From: a virus
Taxonomy: Duplodnaviria > Heunggongvirae > Uroviricota > Caudoviricetes
Length of the DNA stretch: 64,000 nucleotides
Virus record (IMG/VR): IMGVR_UViG_3300022562_000051
Span: 44,581 to 108,580 of that record
Direction: 5' to 3' (one strand)
The translations under genes and the position numbers were made by a program. Positions 48,267 through 57,590 of the stretch are shown here, one piece after another (position 1 is the first letter of the stretch; each line of letters begins with the position of its first letter). A model generated the notes under the pieces. It saw nothing but the letters and a program-made list of their open reading frames with translations. It did no database searches and was not told where the DNA came from.

Positions 48267-50606
48267 ATGTCGAACACGCTCATTCAAACGAAGTCAATGC
48301 TCGCGAAGCTACTCGCGGGTGAAAACATCAATGTCGTTCATCAAAGCGGCATTTCCACGGCATCGTTCGACCTGACTGCGCGGACCATGTATCTCCCGAT
48401 ATGGGAAGACATGGACGGCGACATTTACGATATGCTGACCGGTCATGAAGTCGGTCATGCCAAGTGGACCCCGCAAGAGGGTTGGCACAATGCGATTGAC
48501 GAGCGCGGCAGGAAATTCAAGTCCTGCATGAACGTCATCGAAGATGCGCGAATCGAAAAACTAATCAAGCGCAAGTATCCCGGTCTAGCTAAGTCCTTCG
48601 CGAATGCCTATCGCACTCTGTACGAGCGCGATTTCTTCGGCATCAAGAAACTCAAAGACCTTTCCAAGCTGAATCTCATTGACCGAATCAACATTCACTG
48701 CAAGGTGGGTGCGCATGTTATCGTCCCGTTTACGGATGACGAGCGCAACATCGTGCGCGAGGTTGAAAAGGCTGAGACTTGGGAACAGGTCATGGACATT
48801 TCCGTTCGCGTGTTCGATTATGCGAAGAAGGAAGATTCCAGCAAGATCAATTCGCTGGATGATCTGACCGAAAAGTTGCTCAAGGAATACGCCGAAAAGC
48901 TGAACGAAGAGTTCGAAGACTCTGATGAAGAGTCGGATGGTGGCGATTTCGATTTCGATGATGAAGAGTCGGAAGACCTTTCGATTGACGGTAATGCGCA
49001 GTCGGAGTCTGACGATTCTGAAAAGACCGAAGACGAGGAAGGAAACACCGAAACCAAGTCTAAGGGTGGCAATGCGTCCGACGATTCCGAGGAAGACAAG
49101 GAAGAGGAAGACGAGGACAATGCTGAATCCGGCAAGGCTGGCGGCAATAACGGTCCTGCGGCTGACCTTCCTGATGAAGAGAAGGCAGAAGAGGAAGAGC
49201 CTGAGTCTATTACGGATCGCATTTTCCGTGATCGCGAACAGGAACTTTGCGTAGGCAACGTTGAAGTCTACACGTACACGCTTCCCGAGCCGATTCTGGA
49301 AAATATCGTCGTTCCCGGCGAAGCGGTTGTGAAGCAGTTCCACATTGCTTACGATGCTTCGAATCGTCGCGGACTGCCGATTGCGCAGAATTGCATCAAG
49401 ACGTTCGAACAGAATAATGGCAAGTTCATTAACATGCTTGTCAAGGAATTCGAAATGCGCAAGAATGCCTCGCAGTATGCGCGGCAGCAGACAGCGCGGA
49501 CTGGTGAGTTGGACATGTCCAAGCTGCACCTTTATCGGTTCAGCAATGACCTGTTCAAGAAAGTGACTGTTGTCCCGAAGGGCAAGAGCCACGGTCTGAT
49601 CATGTACGTGGATATGTCCGGTTCCATGAGCAACGTGTTTGGTGCGACGATGGAACAGGCTCTTATTCTTGCGGTCTTCTGTCGCAAGGTTGGCATTCCG
49701 TTTGACGTTTACGGCTTTTCGGATGGTGCTGAGAATATCCACGTTATGGTTGCGGACGGCACACTGCCGAATAACTTTGGTCTTGGTGGCAAGTTCAAGA
49801 AATTTGGACAGGCTGACTACACGATCCATGACAAGGGTTTCCATCTGCGGCACCTGATTGGTTCCAAGATGAATAAGCAGACTTATCGCAAGGCTATGGA
49901 AATGCTCGCGGTTGTCTCTTACAACTATTCGTACAATCGTTACGCTACAAACTACCTTGATTGGGAACGTGCTGGTTTCAATCTGCACGGTACTCCGTTC
50001 TCGCAGACGTTGCTGGCTTCGCGCCCGATGATCGAACGGTTCAAGTCGCAGAATCATCTTGATATCGTCAACGTTATCTACCTGACCGATGGCGAAGGTG
50101 GCGGCTGCTTCTCGTTTGATAAGATTGAGCGCATTCCCTATTACATGCAGCCGGTCAGCAAGAAGGATCGCAAGATTCGCAAGGTCTGGATGACTGATTC
50201 CAAGACCAAGAGGCGGCTTGAGTTTAATCCTGACGAGTGGGATCAGCAGTCGCGCATCACGCAGTTTGTTGGTGAAGTGACTGGTTGCAAGCACATTGCT
50301 TATTACATCTGCTCTTCGCGTGAGTGCAAGCAGGCGTTGAATGCATACGGCACCAATGCGGCGGGTTCGGTGGTTCTTGAGGCTGAGAAGTCTTACAAGA
50401 ATTACAAGTATTTCGCGGTCCCGCATCTTGGCTATCACAAGTATTTCTACATTGCGATGCCTAGCCAGAACGTGTCAGATGACGATTACGAACTGGATGA
50501 CAAAATGACTGCGAAGCGCATGGCGCGTATTTTCAGCAATGCGCAGGATGCGAAGCGCAAGAATCGAATGCTCATTACAGAGTTTACACAGGAGATTGCA
50601 GCGTGA
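48267..50606 (+). CDS. CobT-like vWA protein with an N-terminal zincin (HExxH) domain
   Basis: LAKLLAGENI; GHEVGHA; NVIEDARIE; acidic linker; YVDMSGSM (MIDAS); GTP; YLTDGE. Confidence 0.85.
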   Translation: MSNTLIQTKSMLAKLLAGENINVVHQSGISTASFDLTARTMYLPIWEDMDGDIYDMLTGHEVGHAKWTPQEGWHNAIDERGRKFKSCMNVIEDARIEKLIKRKYPGLAKSFANAYRTLYERDFFGIKKLKDLSKLNLIDRINIHCKVGAHVIVPFTDDERNIVREVEKAETWEQVMDISVRVFDYAKKEDSSKINSLDDLTEKLLKEYAEKLNEEFEDSDEESDGGDFDFDDEESEDLSIDGNAQSESDDSEKTEDEEGNTETKSKGGNASDDSEEDKEEEDEDNAESGKAGGNNGPAADLPDEEKAEEEEPESITDRIFRDREQELCVGNVEVYTYTLPEPILENIVVPGEAVVKQFHIAYDASNRRGLPIAQNCIKTFEQNNGKFINMLVKEFEMRKNASQYARQQTARTGELDMSKLHLYRFSNDLFKKVTVVPKGKSHGLIMYVDMSGSMSNVFGATMEQALILAVFCRKVGIPFDVYGFSDGAENIHVMVADGTLPNNFGLGGKFKKFGQADYTIHDKGFHLRHLIGSKMNKQTYRKAMEMLAVVSYNYSYNRYATNYLDWERAGFNLHGTPFSQTLLASRPMIERFKSQNHLDIVNVIYLTDGEGGGCFSFDKIERIPYYMQPVSKKDRKIRKVWMTDSKTKRRLEFNPDEWDQQSRITQFVGEVTGCKHIAYYICSSRECKQALNAYGTNAAGSVVLEAEKSYKNYKYFAVPHLGYHKYFYIAMPSQNVSDDDYELDDKMTAKRMARIFSNAQDAKRKNRMLITEFTQEIAA

Positions 50607-50800
50607 AGTTGTTTAGTTTGAATCGCAATCAGAATTGGCACAATTGGTTCGCGTGGCGTCCAATTTTTGTTGACTCTTATTCTAAGTATGGTTTTGAATG
50701 CAAGGAACTGGTCTGGCTGGAAACAATCGAACGGCGAGCCTGTTTCTCCGGTATGGACGGTAGTTTTATCTGCTATTTGTACGCCAAAAAGCCTAAGTGA
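50603..50800 (+). CDS. Hypothetical protein (65 aa)
   Basis: GTGA overlap; WHNWFAWRPI...VWLETIERR motif. Confidence 0.5.
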   Translation: MKLFSLNRNQNWHNWFAWRPIFVDSYSKYGFECKELVWLETIERRACFSGMDGSFICYLYAKKPK

Positions 50801-50853
50801 TTGATTTTGTTGGGTTTCGGGATATTGCTTTTTGCCGAAACATCCTTTACAAT
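50795..50853 (+). promoter_or_regulatory. Promoter with upstream AAGTGATTGATT box
   Basis: Box at 50795; TTGCTT at 50825, 17 nt, TACAAT. Confidence 0.7.
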
Positions 50854-50887
50854 GACAGTATAGTTGGATATACTGTGAGAAGTGACT

Positions 50888-52282
50888 ATGGCACGTAGAC
50901 CTAATTTCGATATGGAAGATCAGAAGACGTTCATTCAGGACTTGATTGACGAGTATGGTGATACCGTCACTTCGAAGCAAATCCTTGACTTCGCGGAAGC
51001 GAAGGGTTTGCCGGTTCCGTATTTCCTCTTGCGCGACGAGCGGAAGAAGATCGGACGCGGCAAGTATCGCTTGTGTTCCCGCGCTTCGCTCTTGAAGCGT
51101 GGCACGATTTCCCATTCGATTGCCGACGCGCTTGATCAGCAAGACGCGCAGGAAGTCGCACCGCAGAATGCCATGCCGCAGACTGCGCAAGTTATCAATC
51201 TGGCTTCCCGTCGCGCCATGAACGTGACCGAGAGTTTCGTTCCCGACAAGCTGGATACATACGTTCCTTTTGGTTTCTACAAAGACCTTAAGAACATTCT
51301 CAATTCCAAGGCGTTCTATCCTATCTACATCACCGGTCTGTCGGGCAACGGCAAGACGCTGATGGTCGAACAGGTTTGCGCCGCGCTTGGTCGCGAGCTA
51401 ATTCGCGTTAACATCACCAAGCTTACGGATGAAACGGACCTGATCGGTTCGTATGAACTCATTGACGGCAACACGGTTCGCCGCGAGGGTCCGGTCATTA
51501 CAGCAATGCGGCGCGGTGCCGTACTGTTGCTGGATGAAACCGACTACGGTACCGAAACCCTGTTGTGCCTCAATTCCATTCTGGAAGGCAAGCCGTACTT
51601 CGACAAGAAAACTGGCGAAGTCATTCACGCTGCACCGGGATTCACGGTCATTGCGACTGCGAACACCAAGGGTAAGGGTGACGCGGAAGGTCGCTTCATT
51701 GGCGCGAACGTGCTGAACGAAGCTTTCCTTGAGCGGTTTGCCGTGACGGTTGAACAGGAATATCCTGATACCAAGGTTGAGCGTAGCATTCTGTCGAAGA
51801 ACTTCGACAAGTTTGGTTGCGCCGACGATCAGTTTGTGGATCGTCTGGTCACTTGGGCAGACGTTATTCGCAAGTCCTTTACCGAGGGTGCGGTGGATGA
51901 ACTGATTTCCACGCGCCGCCTTGTTCACATTGCGAAAGCTTTCAGCATCTTCAAGGATCGCATGAAGGCAATCGAACTGTGCTTGAATCGGTTTGACTCC
52001 GAAACCAAGATCGCGTTTGTTGACCTGTACACCAAGGTTGACTCGGATGCGCTTGGCAAGTCGGAACTGCCGGAAGATGCGTCACTGTCGGATGTTGCCA
52101 AGGCTCTTTCCGAAGAATACGGGCAGGACGTTAAGATTTACCAGAATCCCGAAAAGGGCGTGATCGTGGTTTCTTCGCATGGTCGCGATACCGAAATCAC
52201 TCAGGTTCAAGTGAAGCAGGCTGCTAATGTCAATTCACTTCTGCGCGATACGGTTGATCGTCACAACTTCTTGGCACCGTAA
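50888..52282 (+). CDS. cobS: CobS/MoxR-family AAA+ ATPase
   Basis: GLSGNGKT; LLLDE; ATANTKGKG; NEAFLERF; ISTRRLVHI. Confidence 0.9.
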   Translation: MARRPNFDMEDQKTFIQDLIDEYGDTVTSKQILDFAEAKGLPVPYFLLRDERKKIGRGKYRLCSRASLLKRGTISHSIADALDQQDAQEVAPQNAMPQTAQVINLASRRAMNVTESFVPDKLDTYVPFGFYKDLKNILNSKAFYPIYITGLSGNGKTLMVEQVCAALGRELIRVNITKLTDETDLIGSYELIDGNTVRREGPVITAMRRGAVLLLDETDYGTETLLCLNSILEGKPYFDKKTGEVIHAAPGFTVIATANTKGKGDAEGRFIGANVLNEAFLERFAVTVEQEYPDTKVERSILSKNFDKFGCADDQFVDRLVTWADVIRKSFTEGAVDELISTRRLVHIAKAFSIFKDRMKAIELCLNRFDSETKIAFVDLYTKVDSDALGKSELPEDASLSDVAKALSEEYGQDVKIYQNPEKGVIVVSSHGRDTEITQVQVKQAANVNSLLRDTVDRHNFLAP

Positions 52283-52307
52283 TACTAATAAGAAAATAAG
52301 AAAGCAC

Positions 52308-52336
52308 TAGACTTTCTATCAATTAGTTGGTATAAT
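52308..52336 (+). promoter_or_regulatory. sigma70-type promoter
   Basis: TAGACT-17-TATAAT with extended TG. Confidence 0.65.
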
Positions 52337-52391
52337 GAACCGTGTGGGCTAAGAACCCCACGGTTCGTTTGTTTGTTTTAGTGAGGTAACT

Positions 52392-52682
52392 ATGTCTAAT
52401 GTCACTTTGAAGGAAAAGCTGCTCGCCAGCTTCGATAATCCGGTGTATAACACCTTTACGACTGCACAGGCTGCGGCTCGCTATCAGGTGTCCCCGGCGA
52501 CAGTGACCCGTACCATTCGCGCTCTGCGTCTGGAAGGTCACGCTATCTATCGTAACCAGAAGACCTATGAGGGTCGCACGATCAACGTGTATCGTCTTGG
52601 CAAGCCGTCGAAGCGGTTCAAGAGGAACATGAAGGCGGGGCGCACTCAGATCGCTCTGGCTGCTCTGGATGGTCAGGTCTAA
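52392..52682 (+). CDS. Winged-helix HTH DNA-binding protein
   Basis: FTTAQAAARYQVSPATVTRTIRALRLEGHAIY...VYRLG; GAGG RBS. Confidence 0.7.
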   Translation: MSNVTLKEKLLASFDNPVYNTFTTAQAAARYQVSPATVTRTIRALRLEGHAIYRNQKTYEGRTINVYRLGKPSKRFKRNMKAGRTQIALAALDGQV

Positions 52683-52707
52683 AAAAGAAAGTCGCTAGAA
52701 GACTTCG

Positions 52708-52732
52708 AAAAGGGGGCGTTCTGCCCCCTTTT
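52708..52732. terminator. Bidirectional intrinsic terminator
   Basis: AAAAGGGGGC-GTTCT-GCCCCCTTTT. Confidence 0.85.
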
Positions 52733-52736
52733 CTAT

Positions 52737-52765
52737 TTGACTTTTTGTTGTCATTCGCGTAAAAT
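52737..52765 (+). promoter_or_regulatory. sigma70-type promoter for the glycosyltransferase-dNMP kinase pair
   Basis: TTGACT-17-TAAAAT. Confidence 0.7.
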
Positions 52766-52809
52766 GGAAATGATCCAACCTATATACCTAGACCGTTATC
52801 ATTTTCTGA

Positions 52810-53643
52810 GTGGAGTCGCACATGCAATTAGAAATTAGCGTTGACGAATTGAGAAAAAATAGTATCTTCGTCGCAACCCCGATGTATGGTGGACAATGCC
52901 ATGGCATGTATGCTAAATCAGCATTAGATTTGCAAGCCTGTTGTTCACAGTACGGAATTCAAATCAAGTTTTCATTTATCTTTAACGAGTCGCTAATCAC
53001 CCGCGCTCGCAACTACCTAGTAGATGAATTTCTCAGGTCTGGCATGACCCATCTACTTTTCATTGATGCCGACATTCACTACGATCCACGCGATGTTATT
53101 GCTCTACTCGCATTGAGTATGCAGGGCAAGGATGTTATTGGTGGTCCGTATCCGAAGAAGTCCATCAAGTGGGGCGCAGTCAGGGATGCACTCAAGAAGA
53201 ATCCAGAGTTACCACAGACAGAACTAGAAAAGGTTGCTGGTGACTTTGTGTTTAATCCAGTTCCCGGCACCGAGAAGTTCTCGGTAGGTGAGCCGATTGA
53301 GGTTCTGGAAATCGGTACTGGTTTCATGTTGGTCAAGCGTGAAGTGTTCAAGGTTATGGAAGATGCGTATCCGCAGCTTCGCTACAAGCCGGATCATATT
53401 GGTCAGGCTAACTTTGATGGCTCGCGCTACATTCATGCGTATTTCGATACCGTGATTGACAGCAAGGAAAATGGTGGTAAGGGATCGGATCGTTACCTGT
53501 CAGAAGACTACATGTTCTGTCAGTGGTATCGTAATACCGGTGGAAAGATTTGGCTCTGCCCATGGATGAAGACGCATCACATTGGCACATATGCATTCAC
53601 AGGAGACATGGCGGCAGTAGCCAATCACGTAGGAAGTTTGTAA
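52810..53643 (+). CDS. GT-A fold glycosyltransferase-like protein
   Basis: IFVATPMYGG; ESLITRARN; LLFIDAD (DxD); IGTGFMLVKR; SEDYMFC. Confidence 0.8.
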   Translation: MESHMQLEISVDELRKNSIFVATPMYGGQCHGMYAKSALDLQACCSQYGIQIKFSFIFNESLITRARNYLVDEFLRSGMTHLLFIDADIHYDPRDVIALLALSMQGKDVIGGPYPKKSIKWGAVRDALKKNPELPQTELEKVAGDFVFNPVPGTEKFSVGEPIEVLEIGTGFMLVKREVFKVMEDAYPQLRYKPDHIGQANFDGSRYIHAYFDTVIDSKENGGKGSDRYLSEDYMFCQWYRNTGGKIWLCPWMKTHHIGTYAFTGDMAAVANHVGSL

Positions 53644-54263
53644 TGATTATTGGACTTGTGGGTTTTATCGGTTCAGGTAAGGGAACCGTAGCAGATATCC
53701 TTACGCGCAAGCATGGGTTCATCAAGGAAAGTTTTGCCAACGCAGTGAAAGATGCAATCGCTCCTATCTTCGGATGGGAGCGTAAGCTGCTGGAAGGCGA
53801 CACACCGGAGTCTCGCGAATGGCGTGAGACTCCTGATCCTTGGTGGAGTGAGAAGATCGGCAAACCATTCTCTCCCCGTTATGCTCTACAGCTAATGGGA
53901 ACAGAGTCGGGGCGCAATGTCTTTCATACCGATGTTTGGGTCTTATCTCTTCTAAGACGTACTGATCCAGCCAAGAATTACGTGCTGGCTGACGTTCGTT
54001 TCCCAAATGAAATTGACATGATTCGTTCGCATGGCGGCAAGGTCATTCGCGTCAAGCGCGGTGTCGAGCCTGAATGGTACTCGACTGCGGAAGCCTATAA
54101 TGTCACTACAAATTGGGACGGTTCCATGCAGAGAATGAAGCTTTATCCTGATATCCATTATAGTGAATGGGCATGGATTGGCAAGTCCTTCGATGAAGAA
54201 ATTAATAATTCCACTACGCTTGAGAGCCTTGAGAAAAAGGTTGCGAAGCTGATGGGGAAATGA
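53643..54263 (+). CDS. gp1: Deoxynucleoside monophosphate kinase
   Basis: IIGLVGFIGSGKGT; PRYALQLMGTE; DVRFPNE; HYSE. Confidence 0.9.
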   Translation: MIIGLVGFIGSGKGTVADILTRKHGFIKESFANAVKDAIAPIFGWERKLLEGDTPESREWRETPDPWWSEKIGKPFSPRYALQLMGTESGRNVFHTDVWVLSLLRRTDPAKNYVLADVRFPNEIDMIRSHGGKVIRVKRGVEPEWYSTAEAYNVTTNWDGSMQRMKLYPDIHYSEWAWIGKSFDEEINNSTTLESLEKKVAKLMGK

Positions 54264-54269
54264 TACAAT
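54241..54269 (+). promoter_or_regulatory. sigma70-type promoter for gp45
   Basis: TTGCGA-17-TACAAT with extended TG. Confidence 0.6.
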
Positions 54270-54288
54270 AGGTGAAAGTGAGGTTGAT

Positions 54289-54960
54289 ATGAAACTAAGT
54301 GATGAAACAATTGAAATCCTGAAAAACTTCGCAACGATTAATCAGGGTTTAGTGGTCAAGCCGGGAAGCGTACTCAAGACGATTACGCCCTCTAGGTCGG
54401 TTCTAGCAATATCAAGAGTCGTAGAGTCCTTCCCGGTTTCTTTCGCACTGTATGATCTGAATAAGTTCCTTGCCAAGCTGTCCCTGTATCGGGATGCGGA
54501 GCTAGAGTTTGAAACGGATCGTATCGTGATCAAGAGTGATGACGGGAAGCGCACGGATTACATCAAGTATTCCTCTCCCGAAGTGGTCAAGGGACCACCC
54601 GACAAGGAACTTGTGATGGATAAGCCAGATTACGAGTTTACGCTCACGCAGGAAGACTTGATCTGGCAGCGTAAGAGTGCGGGTATCTCCGGTTCCGAAA
54701 ACTTTGTGTTCCGTGGCGATGGCAAGCACATTTATCTTCAATCGAATACTATCAAGGATGATTCTTCGGACTTGTCCTCGACAGTCATTGGCGATACGGA
54801 CGGCGTATTTTCATGCGTCCTACAGGTTGCCAATTTCAAGCTGTTGGATGGTGCGTACAACGTCAAACTCTCTAAAGCGGGGCTGACCAAGTTCGAACAC
54901 ACCACCAAGAACGTTCAATATTACGTAGCAGTAGAGTCTGGACTTTCCGAATGGAAGTGA
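54289..54960 (+). CDS. gp45: Sliding clamp gp45
   Basis: MKLSDETIEILKNFATINQG; FALYDLNKFL; YYVAVE. Confidence 0.93.
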   Translation: MKLSDETIEILKNFATINQGLVVKPGSVLKTITPSRSVLAISRVVESFPVSFALYDLNKFLAKLSLYRDAELEFETDRIVIKSDDGKRTDYIKYSSPEVVKGPPDKELVMDKPDYEFTLTQEDLIWQRKSAGISGSENFVFRGDGKHIYLQSNTIKDDSSDLSSTVIGDTDGVFSCVLQVANFKLLDGAYNVKLSKAGLTKFEHTTKNVQYYVAVESGLSEWK

Positions 54961-55109
54961 CAATCCTACAGTATTGTGACGGATGGGAAATCCGTATCGG
55001 AAATAGAACTTATCGTTATGATCATAACGATGAAGACTATGGGACAGAAGCGTTGAAGGTCTTGTTTGAAGACCTTGGGTATAAGGTAGAATTAGAGGAA
55101 TGTTATTAA
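54951..55109 (+). CDS. Small hypothetical protein (52 aa, not in the ORF track)
   Basis: MEVTILQYCDGWEIRIGNRTY...LGYKVELEECY fills the gap and overlaps both neighbours. Confidence 0.5.
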   Translation: MEVTILQYCDGWEIRIGNRTYRYDHNDEDYGTEALKVLFEDLGYKVELEECY

Positions 55110-55357
55110 TGAAATTTTCAGCACAACAGAAAGCAGCCGTAAAGGGTTGTCTACAGGAGATTTCCAATTCGTTCACCCGCATCGAAGCCGAGCGGGATAA
55201 CATCAAGGAAATCGTGAAGCGCATGGCAGACGAGTTTGAGATTGCCAAGCCAATTTCGCGCAAGCTGGCTAAGATTTACCACAAGCGTAATCTTGAGGAA
55301 GAGCGCGGCAACTTCGAAGAGGTTGCGAACACCTATGATGAGGTTACGAAGCCATGA
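55109..55357 (+). CDS. dsbA: T4 DsbA/GapR-like dsDNA-binding protein
   Basis: EISNSFTRIEAERDNIKEI...RKLAKIYHKRN..EE...EEVANTYDEV resembles T4 DsbA. Confidence 0.75.
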   Translation: MKFSAQQKAAVKGCLQEISNSFTRIEAERDNIKEIVKRMADEFEIAKPISRKLAKIYHKRNLEEERGNFEEVANTYDEVTKP

Positions 55358-55677
55358 TGGACAAGATGTACAATCAGGGTTATAACACTACGGATGCCTG
55401 TGTTCCGCAGATGGAACCACTGACAACGCAGTTGGGAGCAAGGATTAATGAGTCCAATGCTATGACACAGGAACTCGCTGCCAGACTGTACAAGGTCACT
55501 GAAAAGTTGCTTGGACCGGAAGGCAAGCTGCGTGAAGTACCATCCGAAATGATTTCGAAGTCTCAGCTTGAAAGCGTACCACAGGGTATGATGGACAAGC
55601 TGTTGCGTGACAGCAAGGTTGTCAACATCAAGTTGATGGAAATCGAAAATTTGATTAGGCGGTTGGAAACTCTCTAA
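55354..55677 (+). CDS. Hypothetical protein
   Basis: ATGA overlap; helical 107 aa. Confidence 0.55.
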   Translation: MMDKMYNQGYNTTDACVPQMEPLTTQLGARINESNAMTQELAARLYKVTEKLLGPEGKLREVPSEMISKSQLESVPQGMMDKLLRDSKVVNIKLMEIENLIRRLETL

Positions 55678-56021
55678 TGGCTATCGCAGCACAACCTTCC
55701 AAGGAACAGAAGTTTCCTGATCGTTGTGTGGTTATTGGTGGCGCAGCGGATGGGCAGACTGTTGATGTTGATCCTAGCATCAGCAAGATGGCATTTGATC
55801 GCAAGCCAGACATGAATCCACAAACGATTACTAATCGGGAATGGGATTACTTTACCAATTCCCCGGCAGTTCCGTCGTTTAAGGATATCTACAGGAAAGA
55901 GTTTATCAAGGCATCTAACAAGGATGGAACCCATGTGGTTATTCCGTTTCTTGTAGTAGATGGAATGTCAACGGCTGACGCCATCAGGAAAGTGTTTTAT
56001 TCTTACCGGATACGAAAGTAG
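55677..56021 (+). CDS. Hypothetical protein
   Basis: TAATG overlap; VVIGGAADGQTV. Confidence 0.55.
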   Translation: MAIAAQPSKEQKFPDRCVVIGGAADGQTVDVDPSISKMAFDRKPDMNPQTITNREWDYFTNSPAVPSFKDIYRKEFIKASNKDGTHVVIPFLVVDGMSTADAIRKVFYSYRIRK

Positions 56022-56099
56022 GGGATGCGCGGAAACCGGCGCGGTGGGACTTTTGCCAGACTGCTCTCCACGGAAATTCACCCTTCCCATCCCCTTTTT
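56021..56099 (+). other. Structured intergenic element closed by a 7-bp stem and a U-tract
   Basis: GGGGATG (56021-27) pairs with CATCCCC (56088-94), followed by TTTTT; two internal hairpins are possible. Confidence 0.4.
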
Positions 56100-56102
56100 A
56101 TT

Positions 56103-56282
56103 ATGCTATACTTGAGCGACTATACTTATCGCATATTTGAAATGATTGAGGAACGAGGATTACAGTTCTGTCTTCCGCCAGAATGGAAGACGGTCTATAA
56201 AGACTACCTCAAACAAAAGAAGTTCAATAAGTTGATTGAACAGATTGAACGTTTAGCCATGGAGCGTCATAATGACCAGTGA
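56103..56282 (+). CDS. Small hypothetical protein (59 aa)
   Basis: MLYLSDYTYRIF...; overlaps the gp44 start. Confidence 0.45.
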   Translation: MLYLSDYTYRIFEMIEERGLQFCLPPEWKTVYKDYLKQKKFNKLIEQIERLAMERHNDQ

Positions 56283-57207
56283 AATGTTGTGGGTTGAAAA
56301 GTATCGTCCCCGCACGATTGAAGAGTGCATCCTGCCGGATCGCCTCAAAGAACCATTCCAGAAGTACGTAGATCGAAAGGAAATTCCGCACCTGTTGCTG
56401 TGTGGCAGTCCCGGCGTGGGTAAGACCACGGTGGCGAAGGCTCTGTGCAACGAGGTTGACTGTGACTTCCTGATGCTGAACGGCTCCGACGAATCGGGCA
56501 TTGACACGTTCCGCATGAAGATCAAGCAGTACGCCAGCACGATTTCGTTTCAGGGAACCAAAAAGGTTATCATCATTGATGAAGCTGACTACCTGAATCC
56601 TAATTCCACTCAGCCAGCGATGCGCGGTGCGATGGAAGAGTTTGCGCATAACTGCACGTTCATTCTTACGTGTAATTACAAGAACCGTATCATCGAACCG
56701 TTGCAGTCGCGCTGTGCGGTGGTAGACTTCACTCTCAAGTCTGATGAAAAGGCAAAGATGGGCGCTGGATTCCTGCATCGTGCTATGAGCATTCTGACGC
56801 AGGAAAAGATTCCATTCGACAAGCCGGTGCTGGTGGAAGTGGTCAAAAAGCACTTTCCCGACTATCGCCGCATTCTGAACGAGTTGCAGCGGTACTCTGT
56901 CGGCGGCACCATTGACGCGGGTATTCTTGCGATGGTCGTTGACGTAGAAATCAACGAGCTAGTCAAATCCATGCGCGAGAAGAACTTCCGCGACATGCGC
57001 AAGTGGTGCGCCCACCATGGGTTCGATTCGACTCAGGTATTTCGGCGCATATACGATTCCCTGTACGATATCATGAAGAAGGAAACCATTCCGAATGCGG
57101 TGGTGATTCTTGCTCGCTATCAGTATCAGGCTGCGTTCGTTGCGGATCAGGAGTTGAATCTGGTCGCTTGCCTTACGGAGATTATGGCAGAGTGTGAGTT
57201 TGTGTGA
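56272..57207 (+). CDS. gp44: Clamp loader large subunit gp44
   Basis: LWVEKYRP; GSPGVGKTT; IIDEAD; PLQSRC. Confidence 0.97.
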   Translation: MTSEMLWVEKYRPRTIEECILPDRLKEPFQKYVDRKEIPHLLLCGSPGVGKTTVAKALCNEVDCDFLMLNGSDESGIDTFRMKIKQYASTISFQGTKKVIIIDEADYLNPNSTQPAMRGAMEEFAHNCTFILTCNYKNRIIEPLQSRCAVVDFTLKSDEKAKMGAGFLHRAMSILTQEKIPFDKPVLVEVVKKHFPDYRRILNELQRYSVGGTIDAGILAMVVDVEINELVKSMREKNFRDMRKWCAHHGFDSTQVFRRIYDSLYDIMKKETIPNAVVILARYQYQAAFVADQELNLVACLTEIMAECEFV

Positions 57208-57590
57208 TGATTGTTCACACTGTTTATGGCGAAGAAGAGGTAGCCAGTAAAGTTTGTTTTGTTTGTATGGTTGAGAAACCATTATATGAATTTCCTCTTC
57301 ATCGTGGACATAAAGACGGTCATGATGGTAGATGTAAACAGTGTATTAAAGAAAGAGCAGACTTAGTTAAGAAGTTGAAAGATGATCCAAGCACCCCACC
57401 GAAACCGGAAGTTTGTGATTGTTGTGGTAAGATTCCCCGTCGTGGAGAATTTCATTTAGATCATGATCATAAAACTGGAAAATTTCGTGGATGGTTGTGT
57501 GGCGCTTGCAATAAGGCAATTGGACAATTGGGGGACAATATTGAGGGGCTGATGAAAGCCGTCCAATATTTGGAAAGATCAAATGGCTGA
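57204..57590 (+). mobile_element. Free-standing HNH (endonuclease VII-type) homing endonuclease gene
   Basis: CxxC..EKPLYEF...RCKQC plus CDCC...LDHDHKTGKFRGWLCGACN. Inserted between gp44 and gp62; visibly more AT-rich. Confidence 0.75.

Noticed and set aside
48585-50438. 617-aa minus-strand ORF (also 29113-30051 and 36269-36799)
   Set aside because: Shadow frames antisense to well-supported genes, with no recognisable motifs.
56021-56094. tRNA or tRNA-Sec gene
   Set aside because: No TTCG T-loop, no canonical anticodon arm and no CCA. Kept only as a structured-element finding.
57204-57590. T4 gp49 Holliday-junction resolvase
   Set aside because: The N-terminal zinc finger, AT-rich composition and position inside the gp44/62 pair fit a homing endonuclease better, although this is not fully excluded.
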